DNA of 60,633 nt from Nemertoderma westbladi (GCA_032718475.1 JAUCBJ010008283.1:1-60633); one strand, 5' to 3'. Shown: positions 46,568 through 59,814, numbered from the stretch's first letter. Made by a program: numbers and translations. The notes: generated by a model not told the origin, from the letters alone.

Positions 46568-47188
46568 GATCAGGATTGCCATTACAATAACAGTCTACTA
46601 GGTACTGGATCAGGATTGTCATTACAATAACAGTCTACTAGCTACTGGATCAGGATTGTCATTACAATAACAGTCTACTAGCTACTGGATCAGGATTCTC
46701 ATTACAATAACAGTCTACTAGCTACTGGATCAGGATTGTCATTACAATAACAGTCTACTGACTACTGGATCAGGATTGTCATTACAATAACAGTCTACTA
46801 GCTACTGGATCAGGATTGTCATTACAATAACAGTCTACTAGGTACTGGATCAGGATTGTCATTACAATAACAGTCTACTAGCTACTGGATCAGGATTCTC
46901 ATTACAATAACAGTCTACTAGCTACTGGATCAGGATTGTCATTACAATAACAGTCTACTGGCTACTGGATCAGGATTGTCATTACAATAACAGTCTACTA
47001 GGTACTGGATCAGGATTGTCATTACAATAACAGTCTACTAGGTACTGGATCAGGATTCTCATTACAATAACAGTCTACTGGCTACTGGATCAGGATTCTC
47101 ATTACAATAACAGTCTACTAGCTACTGGATCAGGATTGTCATTACAATAACAGTCTACTGGATCAGGATTGTCATTACAATAACAGTC
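46568..47188. repeat. 40-bp minisatellite, ~15 copies
   Basis: Unit GGATCAGGATTGTCATTACAATAACAGTCTACTAGCTACT. Confidence 0.97.
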
Positions 47189-47690
47189 AACAACTAACGA
47201 TAAGGTGCACCCGGATCACGCACCTGCGGTGGCAGTGTTCTTATTTTAGTCTATATTATTAAATAATAATATTGTTATTTGTAACTTTGTAAGTGTTACT
47301 GCGATTATATTGAAATGAAAGGGGAAAGTGTTTTTTTGAAACTGCTAAAGTTTGAAACATAAAGTGGAGGATGTGGAGTGAATAAAATGGAGGGTTTTAA
47401 GGACCTGTAAATATATAACTACTGTATGAGTTGAGTTACTGTCAATATGTCAAGTTGCTGTCAGTTAAGATGCTGTCGGAGGTCTAGCGGTTTGGATATG
47501 ACCATGCCACACACTTGCATCCGATTCTCCATGTGCAGGGGTGCAGCAATTCTGTAAAAGTAGGGACGAGGAAGTTCCAGTACAGATCAGAAAGTCGCTG
47601 TTTCAGTCCTGTATGGCGCGCGAAGTAAACTTCGTGTGGTAGTAGGTTGACTAGCCTCTGAGAAGGTACCTGAAGTTGAACATTCGATCT

Positions 47691-47761
47691 CAAAGCGAAC
47701 ACATTCGCAAAGCGAACATATTCGCAAAGCGAACACATTCGCAAAGCGAACACATTCGCAA
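47691..47761. repeat. 17-bp tandem repeat x4
   Basis: CAAAGCGAACACATTCG repeated. Confidence 0.9.
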
Positions 47762-48348
47762 CTTTAAAAAATTACCTAAAAGTGCATTTTTTCCACATTG
47801 AAAAGAATCTTTCGAATTGAAAGAACTGTTTCTCATAGCAAATAATACTTTATAATTTAAAAATGTACATGCCGTTCTTGGCCACCGTAACAATGAATAG
47901 TAATAGGTATAGTAATAGGAATAGTGAATAGGTAAATACTTAATTAATTTATTATGTACCTGTTCTGCGTAATTACCAAGACGGAAATATTGTTTTCTTT
48001 TATAAGTTGTTTAATTATTGATTACAGTCATAGTATCTTAAATTGTTTTTGGAAACGTAAGTTAAGTGACACATGCACATTCGGGATATATACCGTAAAT
48101 GGTTGAACGATGCTTTCCGCACATTCGGGTGCCACCAGTTGCTTTTGTAAGTACATAAGGTTATTATGGCCAGATAAGATACGTTACATGCCTGATCAAT
48201 TATTGCAAAGAGAATATGCAAATGTGTTATGAATAATAATGAGAATGCAAAGGCAAACATTATTGTACAGATTAATTAAAATAGCTGCTACATTGACTTT
48301 ATATTTTGTCTGCAAAACGAAATATTTGAATTCACTAAAAGTTATTAA

Positions 48349-48817
48349 GGGGAATCACATGAAAGTTTTTTTATATGATAGATCAAAGATGGGGCAACAT
48401 AACTATCAGGCGAAATTTTGTGTGAAAATAATTCTAAACCGCTAGGTGGCGCTGCAAATGTATGCTAAATTTTTAGGTTTGTTATAAATAGTATTAAATT
48501 TTATTAACAAAAATTTCGAAAAGTTGTCTGATGCTTTTATGCAGGGTGGCTATATAGACACCCACAGAAAGTTTCAGTGTATTTGTTCAAAAATTGTAGA
48601 AGTAGTACCGGTAGGGTTTTGAAGTTGACAATTTCATAAAAAAAGTATTTGGAGATAATCGACCTTTCATTATATATAGTAATAGTAATTTCAATAGGAA
48701 TCCCTAAATGGAAATTGTTATAACTTGAAAACTAAAAGAGCTATTAAATAGCGGTTTTCAGATTTGGAAACACCATTTAATTTCTACATATTTTTGACCC
48801 CCCCCCCCCCCCCCCCC
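48349..48817. mobile_element. Possible Kolobok-type non-autonomous DNA transposon
   Basis: TTAA|GGGG...CCCC|TTAA ends (48345-48348, 48818-48821); the TIR beyond the G/C run is not convincing. Confidence 0.4.
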
Positions 48818-48878
48818 TTAATGCAACACCAAACTGCATTTATCAAATATTAAAATAAATATTTTACTAAATCGACAT

Positions 48879-49613
48879 TACCGGTATCGGTATCGTTAGG
48901 TACCGGTATCATTAGGTACCGGTATCATTAGGTACCGGAATCATTAGGTACCGGAATCATTAGGTACCGGAATCATTAGGTACCGGTATCATTACGTACC
49001 GGTATCATTAGGTACCGGAATCATTATGTACCGGTATCATTAGGTACCGGTATCATTAGGTACCGGTATCATTAGGTACCGGTATCCTTAGGTACCGGTA
49101 TCATTAGGTACCGGTATCATTAGGTACCGGTATCATTAGGAAACATTACCGGTATCATTAGGTACCGGAATCATTAGGTACCGGTATCATTAGGAAAGAT
49201 TACCGGTATCATTAGGTACCGGAATCATTAGGTACCGGAATCATTAGGTACCGGAATCATTAGGTACCAGTATCATTAGGTACCGGAATCATTAGGTACC
49301 GGTATAATTAGGTACCGGTATCATTAGGTACCGGTATCATTAGGTACCGGTATCATTAGGTACTGGTATCATTAGGTACCGGTATCATTAGGTACCGGTA
49401 TCCTTAGGTACCGGTATCATTAGGTACCGGTATCATTAGGTACCGGTATCATTAGGTACCGGTATCATTAGGTACCGGAATCATTAGGTACCGGTATCAT
49501 TAGGTACCGGTATCATTAGGTACCGGTATCATTAGGTACCGGTATCATTAGGAAACATTACCGGTATCATTAGGTACCGGTATCATTAGGAAACATTACC
49601 GGTATCATTAGGA
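48879..49613. repeat. 16-bp minisatellite, ~45 copies
   Basis: Unit TACCGGTATCATTAGG, containing the palindrome TACCGGTA. Confidence 0.97.
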
Positions 49614-51199
49614 AATGTATTTTTTAAGCACATTTACATATTTGTAATTTTGCTTAAAAAATAATCGTATGAATGTTAAAAAAATAATTGCTGTCATCAG
49701 AACATAAATAATATTAGCGATTAATATTAGAAGCCTGTTGATGTGAAAAAAAATCATTAAGTTACAATAAAATTGAAATTCCTGACTAAAATCTCAAAGT
49801 CACATTGCTTTCGCAGAGGAAATGAATACAATGAAAAACTACTTATTTCACTTCCCAAATTATGTTTTTATAGGAATTTATCAGTAAAATCGTATCAAAA
49901 CGTAATAGTTATGTTTCACAAATAACTTTATGAGAGAGATACGAGGCATCTGGGAAACAAATAATTCAATAATTGCCTTTAAAAATGTCATTGTGATAAC
50001 GAGTTTACAAATTCAGCGAAACTTTTATACATAAATAATAATTATTGATAAATATTATTTAATATTGTTGAATAATAATTAATTATAATTCACTTTTATA
50101 TAATAAGAGGTCATTTACAGCTACAACTGTCGTCTGTAGAAGCCAGGTATTATTTGTTTAGTTTTGTTTGGGCCACAGAGTGGATCAATAGATTACCATA
50201 TATTTGCCAGATTATTTCGCGATAAAATGAATATATAATAATTAACCAAACGTACCCAATTAAGGTTTATTGTTAAACGCACCTCAGAATCCAAACATAC
50301 TTAATTTTACGTAAAAAGAAAAAAAACGTCAAAAATTGCAGATAAAAGAAAAAACTAAAAATAATTACAAATGAAAGGCAAGTGCGATAGATCGGTAAAC
50401 CGGGCTATAGAATAAACAAATATTTATAATAATATTACATTACTTAAATACTAGAAATGAATTGACAAACGTGTGCAACCAGGAAACTAAGCAAAATTAT
50501 TTTATTTTAATTATTTATTTATTAGTCGGACATGAAGTAAAAACCTTACCGGTGGGTATGTAATTGCAAAACAAACTGAAAAGCAGCCGATACCAGAAAG
50601 CACCAGGACGAAGCGGTCAAAGATGGGAGTCAAAAGGGGGAGACCGTGCCCAACAAAATCTAGACACATCGTGGAGACCCCAATACACTGAGTGACAGGC
50701 GAGTTGTTGAAGCACTTCAACGTTCCCCATACCATACCTTATTGCACGTTCTGTAAAAGTGCAGCAATTAATATAATCAATTGATACATTCCAACCCATC
50801 ATCAATGAGCGGAAACGTGATTGGCTCATGTTTGTGGTGCTGCTTCCCAGTGGATAATTTGTTAGTTATGCCTCTACCACCTAGTCTCATAGTGCCCGTT
50901 GGGACTCCCTTTGGGACGCACTTAGCTTATTGATAATCCGCCCTATCGGACTAAACCAGCCGATCAGCTGTCAGCTGATCGGTGATTCCCTACAACTAAT
51001 CTAGGTTGGGCTCTATAGTTTGTGTTGGTTATACAGTTATACACACCTAGACATACATAGAGTTTCTTAAAATAGTTGAATTTCAAATTAAAGATTTTTG
51101 TATCAAAACGTCTGTTTGCAGTTCAAGGAAACTGAAAAATAGACCAACTTAATTTGAAAGCAGAATACGAGGTATAGTATGGGTAGATGTTGGTTCCAG

Positions 51200-52766
51200 G
51201 ACGGGACAGGATACGATACGATACGATACGATACGATACGATACGATACGATACGATACGATACGAAACGATACGAAACGATACGATACGATACGATACG
51301 ATACGATACGATACGATACGATACGATACGATACGATACGATACGATACGATACGATACGATACGATACGATACGATACGATACGATACGATACGATACG
51401 ATACGATACGATACGATACGATACGATACGATACGATACGATACGATACGATACGATACGATACGATACGATACGATACGATACGATACGATACGATACG
51501 ATACGATACGATACGATACGATACGATACGATACGATACGATACGATACGATACGATACGATACGATACGATACGATACGATACGATACGATACGATACG
51601 ATACGATACGATACGATACGATACGATACGATACGATACGATACGATACGATACGATACGATACGATACGATACGATACGATACGATACGATACGATACG
51701 ATACGATACGATACGATACGATACGATACGATACGATACGATACGATACGATACGATACGATACGATACGATACGATACGATACGATACGATACGATACG
51801 ATACGACACGATACGATACGATACGATACGATACGATACGATACGATACGATACGATACGATACGATACGATACGATACGATACGATACGATACGATACG
51901 ATACGATACGATACGATACGATACGATACGATACGATACGATACGATACGATACGATACGATACGATACGATACGATACGATACGATACGATACGATACG
52001 ATACGATACGATACGAAAACGGATTTTCGTATTTCGTATCGCAGTATTTTATTCGTATCGAATTTCGTATCGTATCATAAAAATTGACTTCTAATCGTAT
52101 AATACGAATAAATATTTTTCGTATTTCGTATCGTATTTTCGTATCTTATTATTTTGTAAATATTATGTTTTTAACAGTCAAACGAGAGATCACACCACTT
52201 ATTTATTTACATTGTTTTTTTCTAAAAATTGGTGTATAAATTAGGTTGAAGCTTATAGTTTTATTATGTCAATAAAATGTGTAAGTAAGACAGGAGGATC
52301 GTTAATCACATTTGTAATAATTAACTGTAGAATAATGATAAAAATACCACCGAAATATAATATAATAAAGTTTTTAGGAGAATGGGGGCATTAGGCCTAG
52401 GAAGGTACATCAGTACAGTATGCATAAAGTGGCATGGTAATATGTTAACGCCTACTCTTGGGCCGTGTTGCATAACGTCGTTATGGATGTTGTAGCCAGA
52501 CACATTGAAATAATAAATATTTGTCTATTATAGAGATTTAAATGATTTTCTAAGTGCAATACAAATTAGTACAATACATATATTTTATCAACTTTTTAGA
52601 TAAAATACGATACGAAAAAAATACGAAACATTTTTCGTATTTCGTGTCGTATCTTGGATTTTTCGTATCGTATCATATTTTTTCAAAATTGAATTCGTTT
52701 CGTTTCGTGAAAAATTGGTTCGTATCGTATCGTATTTTCGTATCGTATCGTATCGTATCCTGTGCC
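51200..52766. mobile_element. Foldback-like MITE with GATAC-based inverted termini
   Basis: Left GGGACAGGATACGATACG..., right ...CGTATCGTATCCTGTGCC; flanked by direct TGGTTCCAG (51191-51199, 52767-52775). Confidence 0.7.
51210..52015. repeat. (GATAC)n microsatellite, ~160 copies
   Basis: Near-perfect pentanucleotide run; only three variant units seen. Confidence 0.99.
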
Positions 52767-53079
52767 TGGTTCCAGCCTGGTCCCAGCCTGGTTCCAGGTC
52801 ATAATAACTTCACCTTGTGATCCAAACTATCAATTTATATATAAGTTTGTTTGCCATGGTACATTGATTTCAATGACTGGTTGCCATTTAACCGGATTTT
52901 CTAATTAATCCTAATCGGCTCACCTATTAACTGCCCTTATAGTTAGTAGAGTAATGCGAAGTTTGTTTCTATTGTGTTTTGCTATACAGTAGAGTTATAA
53001 AATAGACTTGAATTATTAAATTTTTGACGATATAATGGGGGGGGAGACTAGATTTTCAAATATTTGAGTGAGACCTAGC

Positions 53080-53222
53080 CTAAGCTACACTGTGTACACT
53101 AAGCTACACTACACTAAGTGTACACTAAGCTACACTACACTAAGTGTACACTAAGCTACACTACACTAAGTGTACACTAAGCTACACTACACTACACCAA
53201 GTGTACAATAAGCTACACTAAG
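53080..53222. repeat. ~26-bp tandem repeat
   Basis: CTAAGCTACACTACACTAAGTGTACA, about 5 copies. Confidence 0.85.
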
Positions 53223-53448
53223 CGACCTGGAACCTAGTAGAGTAAACACATTATACATGAAAAATAATAATTTTAAAGGATAGTTTAGGCGCTTATCAAA
53301 AATACATCACATCACTCTCACTTGAGTAAAAGGGCACACTATGAATACACCACCTTCTCAGCTAAGGGAAATTTCCTTAGCGAAACTTGATGATATTCAA
53401 TAGCTTCCTGAGCGTGTTCATAAATTAAATGAATCTGACATCGTTTCA

Positions 53449-53598
53449 TCACATTTTCGGCTGACCGGAGCTCTTCATCCCTTCCAAAATGCCGAACACT
53501 AAGGCTTCCCAAAGAACACCCCATGCGGCGGCGGCTTCGTCGCTCAAAGACCCACCATTTAGTTCAACAACAGTCCCAAATAGAGCCGGTTTTAAACA
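53449..53598 (-). CDS. Globin exon 3 (G-H helices)
   Basis: ttttcag|CLKPALFGTVVELNGGSLSDEAAAAWGVLWEALVFGILEGMKSSGQPKM*; 150 nt, phase 0, H-helix AW motif. Not in the ORF track. Confidence 0.92.
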   Translation of the reverse strand, partial: CLKPALFGTVVELNGGSLSDEAAAAWGVLWEALVFGILEGMKSSGQPKM

Positions 53599-53762
53599 CT
53601 GAAAATAAATAGTAATTAATAATTAATAAAATAGAAATTAATCCGATAAAATATAATAAAACCTCCATTTCATTGTGTAAAACGAGAAAAGATACGTGAC
53701 TGCGCGATTTTAAAGCAAACAGTCGGCCGAAGCCTGAGGCGACCCGAAGGCTCCTCATTTCG

Positions 53763-56700
53763 ATATCTGCTACCTGAAGGTAGGGGTGGGAGCTACTCCT
53801 ATCTGCTACCCGAGGGTAGGGGTGGCCGCTACTCATATCTACTACCCGAAGGTAGGGGTGGCCGCTACTCATATCTGCTACCGGAAGGTAGGGGTGGGTG
53901 CTACTCCTATCTGCTACCCGAAGGTAGGGGTGGGCGCTACTCCTATCTGCTACCCGAGGGTAGGGGTGGGCGCTACTCCTATCTGCTACCCGAAGGTAGG
54001 GGTGGGAGCTACTCCTATTTGCTACCCGAAGGTAGGGGTGGGCGCTACTCCTATCTGCTACCCGAAGGTTGGGGCGGGCGCTACTCCTATCTGCTACCCG
54101 AAGGTAGGGGTGGACGCTACTCCTATCTGCTACCCGAGGGTAGGGGTGGGCACTACTCCAATATACTACACGAAGGTAGGGGTGGGCGCTACTCCTATCT
54201 GCTACCCGAAGGTAGGGGTGGGTGCTACTCATATCTGCTACCCGAAGGTAGGGGTGGGCGCTACTCCTATCTGCTACCCGAAGGTTGGGGCGGGCGCTAC
54301 TCCTATCTGCTACCCGAAGGTAGGGGTGGACGCTACTCCTATCTGCTACCCGAGGGTAGGGGTGGGTACTACTCCAATATACTACACGAAGGTAGGGGTG
54401 GGCGCTACTCCTATCTGCTACCCGAAGGTAGGGGTGGACGCTACTCATATCTGCTACCGGAAGGTAGGGGTGGGCGCTACTCCTATCTACTACCCGAAGG
54501 TAGGGGTGGCCGCTACTCATATCTGCTACCGGAAGGTAGGGGTGGGCGCTACTCCAATATACTACACGAAGGTAGGGGTGGGCGCTACTCCTATCTGCTA
54601 CCCGAAGGTAGGGGTGGACGCTACTCATATCTGCTACCGGAAGGTAGGGGTGGGCGCTACTCATATCTACTACCCGAAGGTAGGGGTGGCCGCTACTCCT
54701 ATCTGCTACCTGAAGGTATGGGTGGGCGCAATTCCTATCTGCTAGCCGAGGGTAGGGGTGGGCGCTACTCCTATCTGCTACCCGAAGGTAGGGGTGGGAG
54801 CTACTCCTATTTGCTTCCCGAAGGTAGGGGTGGGCGCTACTCCAATCTGCTACCTGAAGGTAGGGGTGGGCGCTACTCCTATCTGCTACCCGAGGGTAGG
54901 GGTGGGCGCTACTCCTATCTGCTACCCGAAGGTAGGGGTGGGCGCTACTCCTATCTGCTACCCGAAGGTAGGGGTGGGCGCTACTCCTATCTGCTACCCG
55001 AAGGTAGGGGTGGCCGCTACTCATATCTGCTACCCGAAGGTGGCGAAGGTAGGGGTGGGCGCTACTCCTATCTGCTACCCGAAGGTAGGGGTGGGCGCTA
55101 CTCATATCTGCTACCGGAAGGTAGGGGTGGGCGCTACTCCTATCTGCTACCCGAGGGTAGGGGTGGGCGCTACTCCTATCTGCTACCCGAGGGTAGGGGT
55201 GGGTGCTACTCCTATCTGCTACCCGAGGGTAGGGGTGGGCGCTACTCCTATCTGCTACCCGAGGGTAGGGGTGGGCGCTACTCATATCTGCTACCCGGAA
55301 GGTAGGGGTGGGCGCTACTCCTATCTGCTACCCGAAGGTAGGGGTGGGCGCTACTCCTATCTGCTACCCGGAGGTAGGGGTGGGCGCTACTCCTATCTGC
55401 TACCCGAAGGTAGGGGTGGGCGCTACTCCTATCTGCTACCCGAAGGTAGGGGTGGGCGCTACTCCTATCTGCTACCCGAGGGTAGGGGTGGGCGCTACTC
55501 CTATCTGCTACCCGAAGGTAGGGGTGGCCGCTACTCCTATCTGCTACCCGAAGGTAGGGGTGGGCGCTACTCCTATCTGCTACCCGAAGGTAGGGGTGGG
55601 CGCTACTCATATCTGCTACCCGAAGGTAGGGGTGGCCGCTACTCATATCTGCTACCCGAAGGTAAGGGTGGGCGCTACTCCTATCGCTACGCGAGGGTAG
55701 GGGTGGGCGCTACTACTATCTGCTACCCGAAGGTAGGGGTGGGCGCTACTCATATCTGCTACCCGAAGGTAGGGGTGGGCGCTACTCCTATCTGCTACCC
55801 GAATGGTAGGGGTGGGTGCTACTCCTATCTGCTACCCGAGGGTAGGGGTGGATGCTACTCCTCCTATCTGCTACCCGAAGGTAGGGGTGGGCGCTACTCC
55901 TATCTGCTACCCGAAGGTAGGGGTGGGCGCTACTCATATCTGCTACCCGAAGGTAGGGGTGGGCGCTACTCCTATCTGCTACCCGAAGGTAGGGGTGGGC
56001 GCTACTCCTATCTGCTACCCGAGGGTAGGGGTGGGTGCTACTCCTATCTGCTACCCGAGGGTAGGGGTGGGAGCTACTCCTATCTGCTACCCGAAGGTAG
56101 GGGTGGGTGCTACTCCTATCTGCTACCAGAAGGTAGGGGTGGGCGCTACTCCTATCTGCTACCAGAAGGTAGGGGTGGGCGCTACTCCTATCTGCTACCC
56201 GAAGGTAGGGGTGGGCGCTACTCCTATCTGCTACCCGAAGGTAGGGGTGGGTGCTACTCCTATCTGCTACCCGAGGGTAGGGGTGGGCGCTACTCCTATC
56301 TGCTACCCGAAGGTAGGGGTGGGCGCTACTCCTATCTGCTACCCGAGGGTAGGGGTGGGCGCTACTCCTATCTGCTACCGAAGGTAGGGTGGGTGCTACT
56401 CCTCATCTGCTACCCGAAGGTAGGGGTGGGCGCTACTCCTATCTGCCCCGGGTAGGGGTGGGAGCTACTCCTATTTGCTACCCGAAGGTAGGGGTGGGCG
56501 CTACTCCTATCTGCTACCCGAAGGTAGGGGTGGCCGCTACTCATATCTGCTACCGGAAGGTATGGGTGGGCGCTACTCATATCTGCTACCCGAAGGTAGG
56601 GGTGGCCGCTACTCATATCTGCTACCGGAAGGTAGGGGTGGGCGCTACTCATATCTGCTACCCGAAGGTAGGGGTGGGCGCTACTCCTATCTGCTACCCG

Positions 56701-58440
56701 AGGGTAGGGGTGGGCGCTACTCATATCTGCTACCCGAAGGTAGGGGTGGCCGCTACTCATATCTGCTACCCGAAGGTAGGGGTGGGCGCTACTCCTATCT
56801 GCTACCCGAAGGTAGGGGTGGGAGCTACTCATATCTGCTACCCGAAGGTAGGGGTGGGCGCTACTCATATCTGCTACCCGAAGGTAGGGGTGGGCGCTAC
56901 TCCTATCTGCTACCCGGAGGTAGGGGTGGGCGCTACTCCTATCTGCTACCCGAAGGTAGGGGTGGGCGCTACTCCTATCTGCTACCCGAAGGTAGGCGTG
57001 GGCGCTACTCCTATCTGCTACCCGAGGGTAGGGGTGGGCGCTACTCATATCTGCTACCCGAAGGTAGGGGTGGCCGCTACTCATATCTGCTACCCGAAGG
57101 TGGCGAAGGTAGGGGTGGGCGCTACTCCTATCTGCTACCCGAAGGTAGGGGTGGGCGCTACTCATATCTGCTACCGGAAGGTAGGGGTGGGCGCTACTCA
57201 TATCTGCTACCGGAAGGAAGGGGTGGGCGCTTCTCATATCTGCTACCCGAAGGTAGGGGTGGGCGCTACTCCTATCTGCTACCCGGAGGTAGGGGTGGGC
57301 GCTACTCCTATCTGCTACCCGAAGGTAGGGGTGGGCGCTACTCCTATCTGCTACCCGAAGGTAGGGGTGGGCGCTACTCCTATCTGCTACCCGAGGGTAG
57401 GGGTAGGCGCTACTCATATCTGCTACCCGAAGGTAGGGGTGGCCGCTACTCATATCTGCTACCCGAAGGTAGGGGTGGGCGCTACTCCTATCTGCTACCC
57501 GAAGGTAGGGGTGGGCGCTACTCATATCTGCTACCCGAAGGTAGGGGTGGCCGCTACTCATATCTGCTACCCGAAGGTAAGGGTGGGCGCTACTCCTATC
57601 AGCTACGCGAGGGTAGAGGGCGGGCGCTACTACTATCTGCTACCCGAAGGTAGGGGTGGGCGCTACTCATATCTGCTACCCGAAAGTAGTGGTGGGCGCT
57701 ACTCCTATCTGCTACCCGAGGGTAGGGGTGGGTGCTACTCCTATCTGCTACCCGAGGGTAGGGGTGGATGCTACTCCTCCTATCTGCTACCCGAAGGTAG
57801 GGGTGGGCGCTACTCCTATCTGCCACCAGAAGGTAGGGGTGGGCGCTACTCATATCTGCTACCCGAAGGTAGGGGTGGGCGCTACTCCTATCTGCTACCT
57901 GAAGGTAGGGGTGGGCGCTACTCCTATCTGGTACCCGAAGGTAGGGGTGGTGCTACTCCTATCTGCTACCCGAGGGTAGGGGTGGAAGCTACTCCTATCT
58001 GCTACCCGAAGGTAGGGGTGGGTGCTACTCCTACCTGCCACCAGAAGGTAGGGGTGGGCGCTACTCCTATCTGCCACCAGAAGGTAGGGGTGGGCGCTAC
58101 TCCTATCTGCTACCTGAAGGTAAGGGTGGGCGGTACTCCTATCTGGTACCCGAAGGTAGGGGTAGGTGCTACTCCTATCTGCTACCCGAGGGTAGGGGTG
58201 GAAGCTACTCCTATCTGCTACCCGAAGGTAGGGGTGGGCGCTACTCCTATCTGCTACCCGAGGGTAGAAGGTGGGCGCTACTCCTATCTGCTACACGAAT
58301 GTAAGGGTGGATGCTACTCCTCCTATCTGCCACCCGAAGGTAGGGGTGAGCGCTACTCCTATCTGCCACCAGAAGGTATGGGTGGGCGCTACTCATATCT
58401 GCTACCCGAAGGTAGGGGTGAGCGCTACTCCTATCTGCTA
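53763..58440. repeat. 36-bp G-rich minisatellite, ~130 copies, in globin intron 2
   Basis: Unit GCTACTCCTATCTGCTACCCGAAGGTAGGGGTGGGC. Confidence 0.98.
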
Positions 58441-59376
58441 CATAAACTTACTTGGTACAAACCTGCTTATAAACTTACTTGGAACAAACCTACTTATAAA
58501 CGTACTTGGTACAAACCTACTTATAAACTCACTTATGGTAGAAACCTACTTACAAACTTACTTGGTACAAACCTACATATAAACTTACTTGGTACAAACC
58601 TACTTACAAACTTACTTGGTACAAACCTAATTATAAACTTACTTGGTACAAACCTAATTATAAACTTACTTGGTACAAACCTACTTACAAACTTACTTGG
58701 TACAAACCTACTTATAATCCTACTTGGTACAAATATACATATAAACTTACTTGATACTGTACAAACCTACTTGGTACAAATATACATATAAACTTACTTG
58801 ATACTGTACAAACCTACTTGGTACAAACCTACTTATAAACTTACTTGGTACAAACCTACTTACAAACTAACTTGGTACAAACCTAATTATAAACTTACTT
58901 GGTACAAACCTAATTATAAACTTACTTGGTAGAAACCTACTTACAAACTTACTTAGTACAAACCTACTTATAATCCTACTTGGTACAAACCTACTTATAA
59001 ACTTACTTGGTACAAAACTACTTATAAACTTACTTGGTACAAAACTACTTACAAACTTACTTGATAATGTACAAAACTACTCTACAAACTTATTTGGTTA
59101 CTTGGTAAAACCTACTTACAAACTTACTTGGTACAAACGCTCTTATAAAGTTACTTGGTATAAACCTACTTATAAACTTACTTGGTACAAACCTACTTAT
59201 AAACTTACTTGGTACAAACCTACTTATAAACTTACTTGGTACAAACCTACTTGTAAACTTACTTGATACAAACCTACTTATAAACTTACTTGGTATAAAC
59301 GCACCTATAAACTTACTTGGTACAAACCTACTTATAAACTTACTTGGTACACAAACCTATTTACAAACTTACTTGG
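58441..59376. repeat. 27-bp minisatellite, ~34 copies, overlapping the globin exon 2 donor
   Basis: Unit AAACTTACTTGGTACAAACCTACTTAT. Confidence 0.96.
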
Positions 59377-59598
59377 AACATCTCCGCTGGAATTGCACGT
59401 CTCCCATGCGTTCTTCCAATATTTATAGACATTTCTTCTCGCATTTCGTCTACTTCTAATGTATCTACTATATCAGTGATGTAGTTAATCACCCGAAGAA
59501 CATGCCCTTTCATCTGAGTGTTGTTTTGTAGTTCGGATAATGGTTTACCCTTGAAGGCCTTGAAATAGTTTTGTGCTTCAGGGGTTGACATGAAAAAC
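59373..59598 (-). CDS. Globin exon 2 (B12-G6)
   Basis: FFMSTPEAQNYF (CD1 Phe)...MKGHVLRV (distal E7 His)...IGRTHGRR (proximal F8 His)...EMFQ|gtaagt; 226 nt. Confidence 0.95.
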
Positions 59599-59814
59599 CT
59601 AAACAAATAGCAAATTTATAACCTCGGTGTTTTTATTAAATAATTATTTATTAAATGGACTAAGCGAAATTTAGGGAAAAAGGTAAATTTTCTTTAATAC
59701 CTCCTCTCCCCCTTAATATGTCAAATAATATGTATTAGCTTTTGAGGTATGACAAATAATTGAATAATTTGAAGTATTTTATACTTCGTGTAATAGTATT
59801 GTTAATTAACTTAC

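Noticed and set aside
51123-52087. YDTIR / SYRIV repeat ORFs
   Set aside because: Pure (GATAC)n microsatellite.
53564-58791. Long ORFs of 300-800 aa (GVGATPICYPKV, RGGRYSYLLPEG repeats)
   Set aside because: Stop-free translations of a 36-bp array on both strands, lying inside a globin intron.
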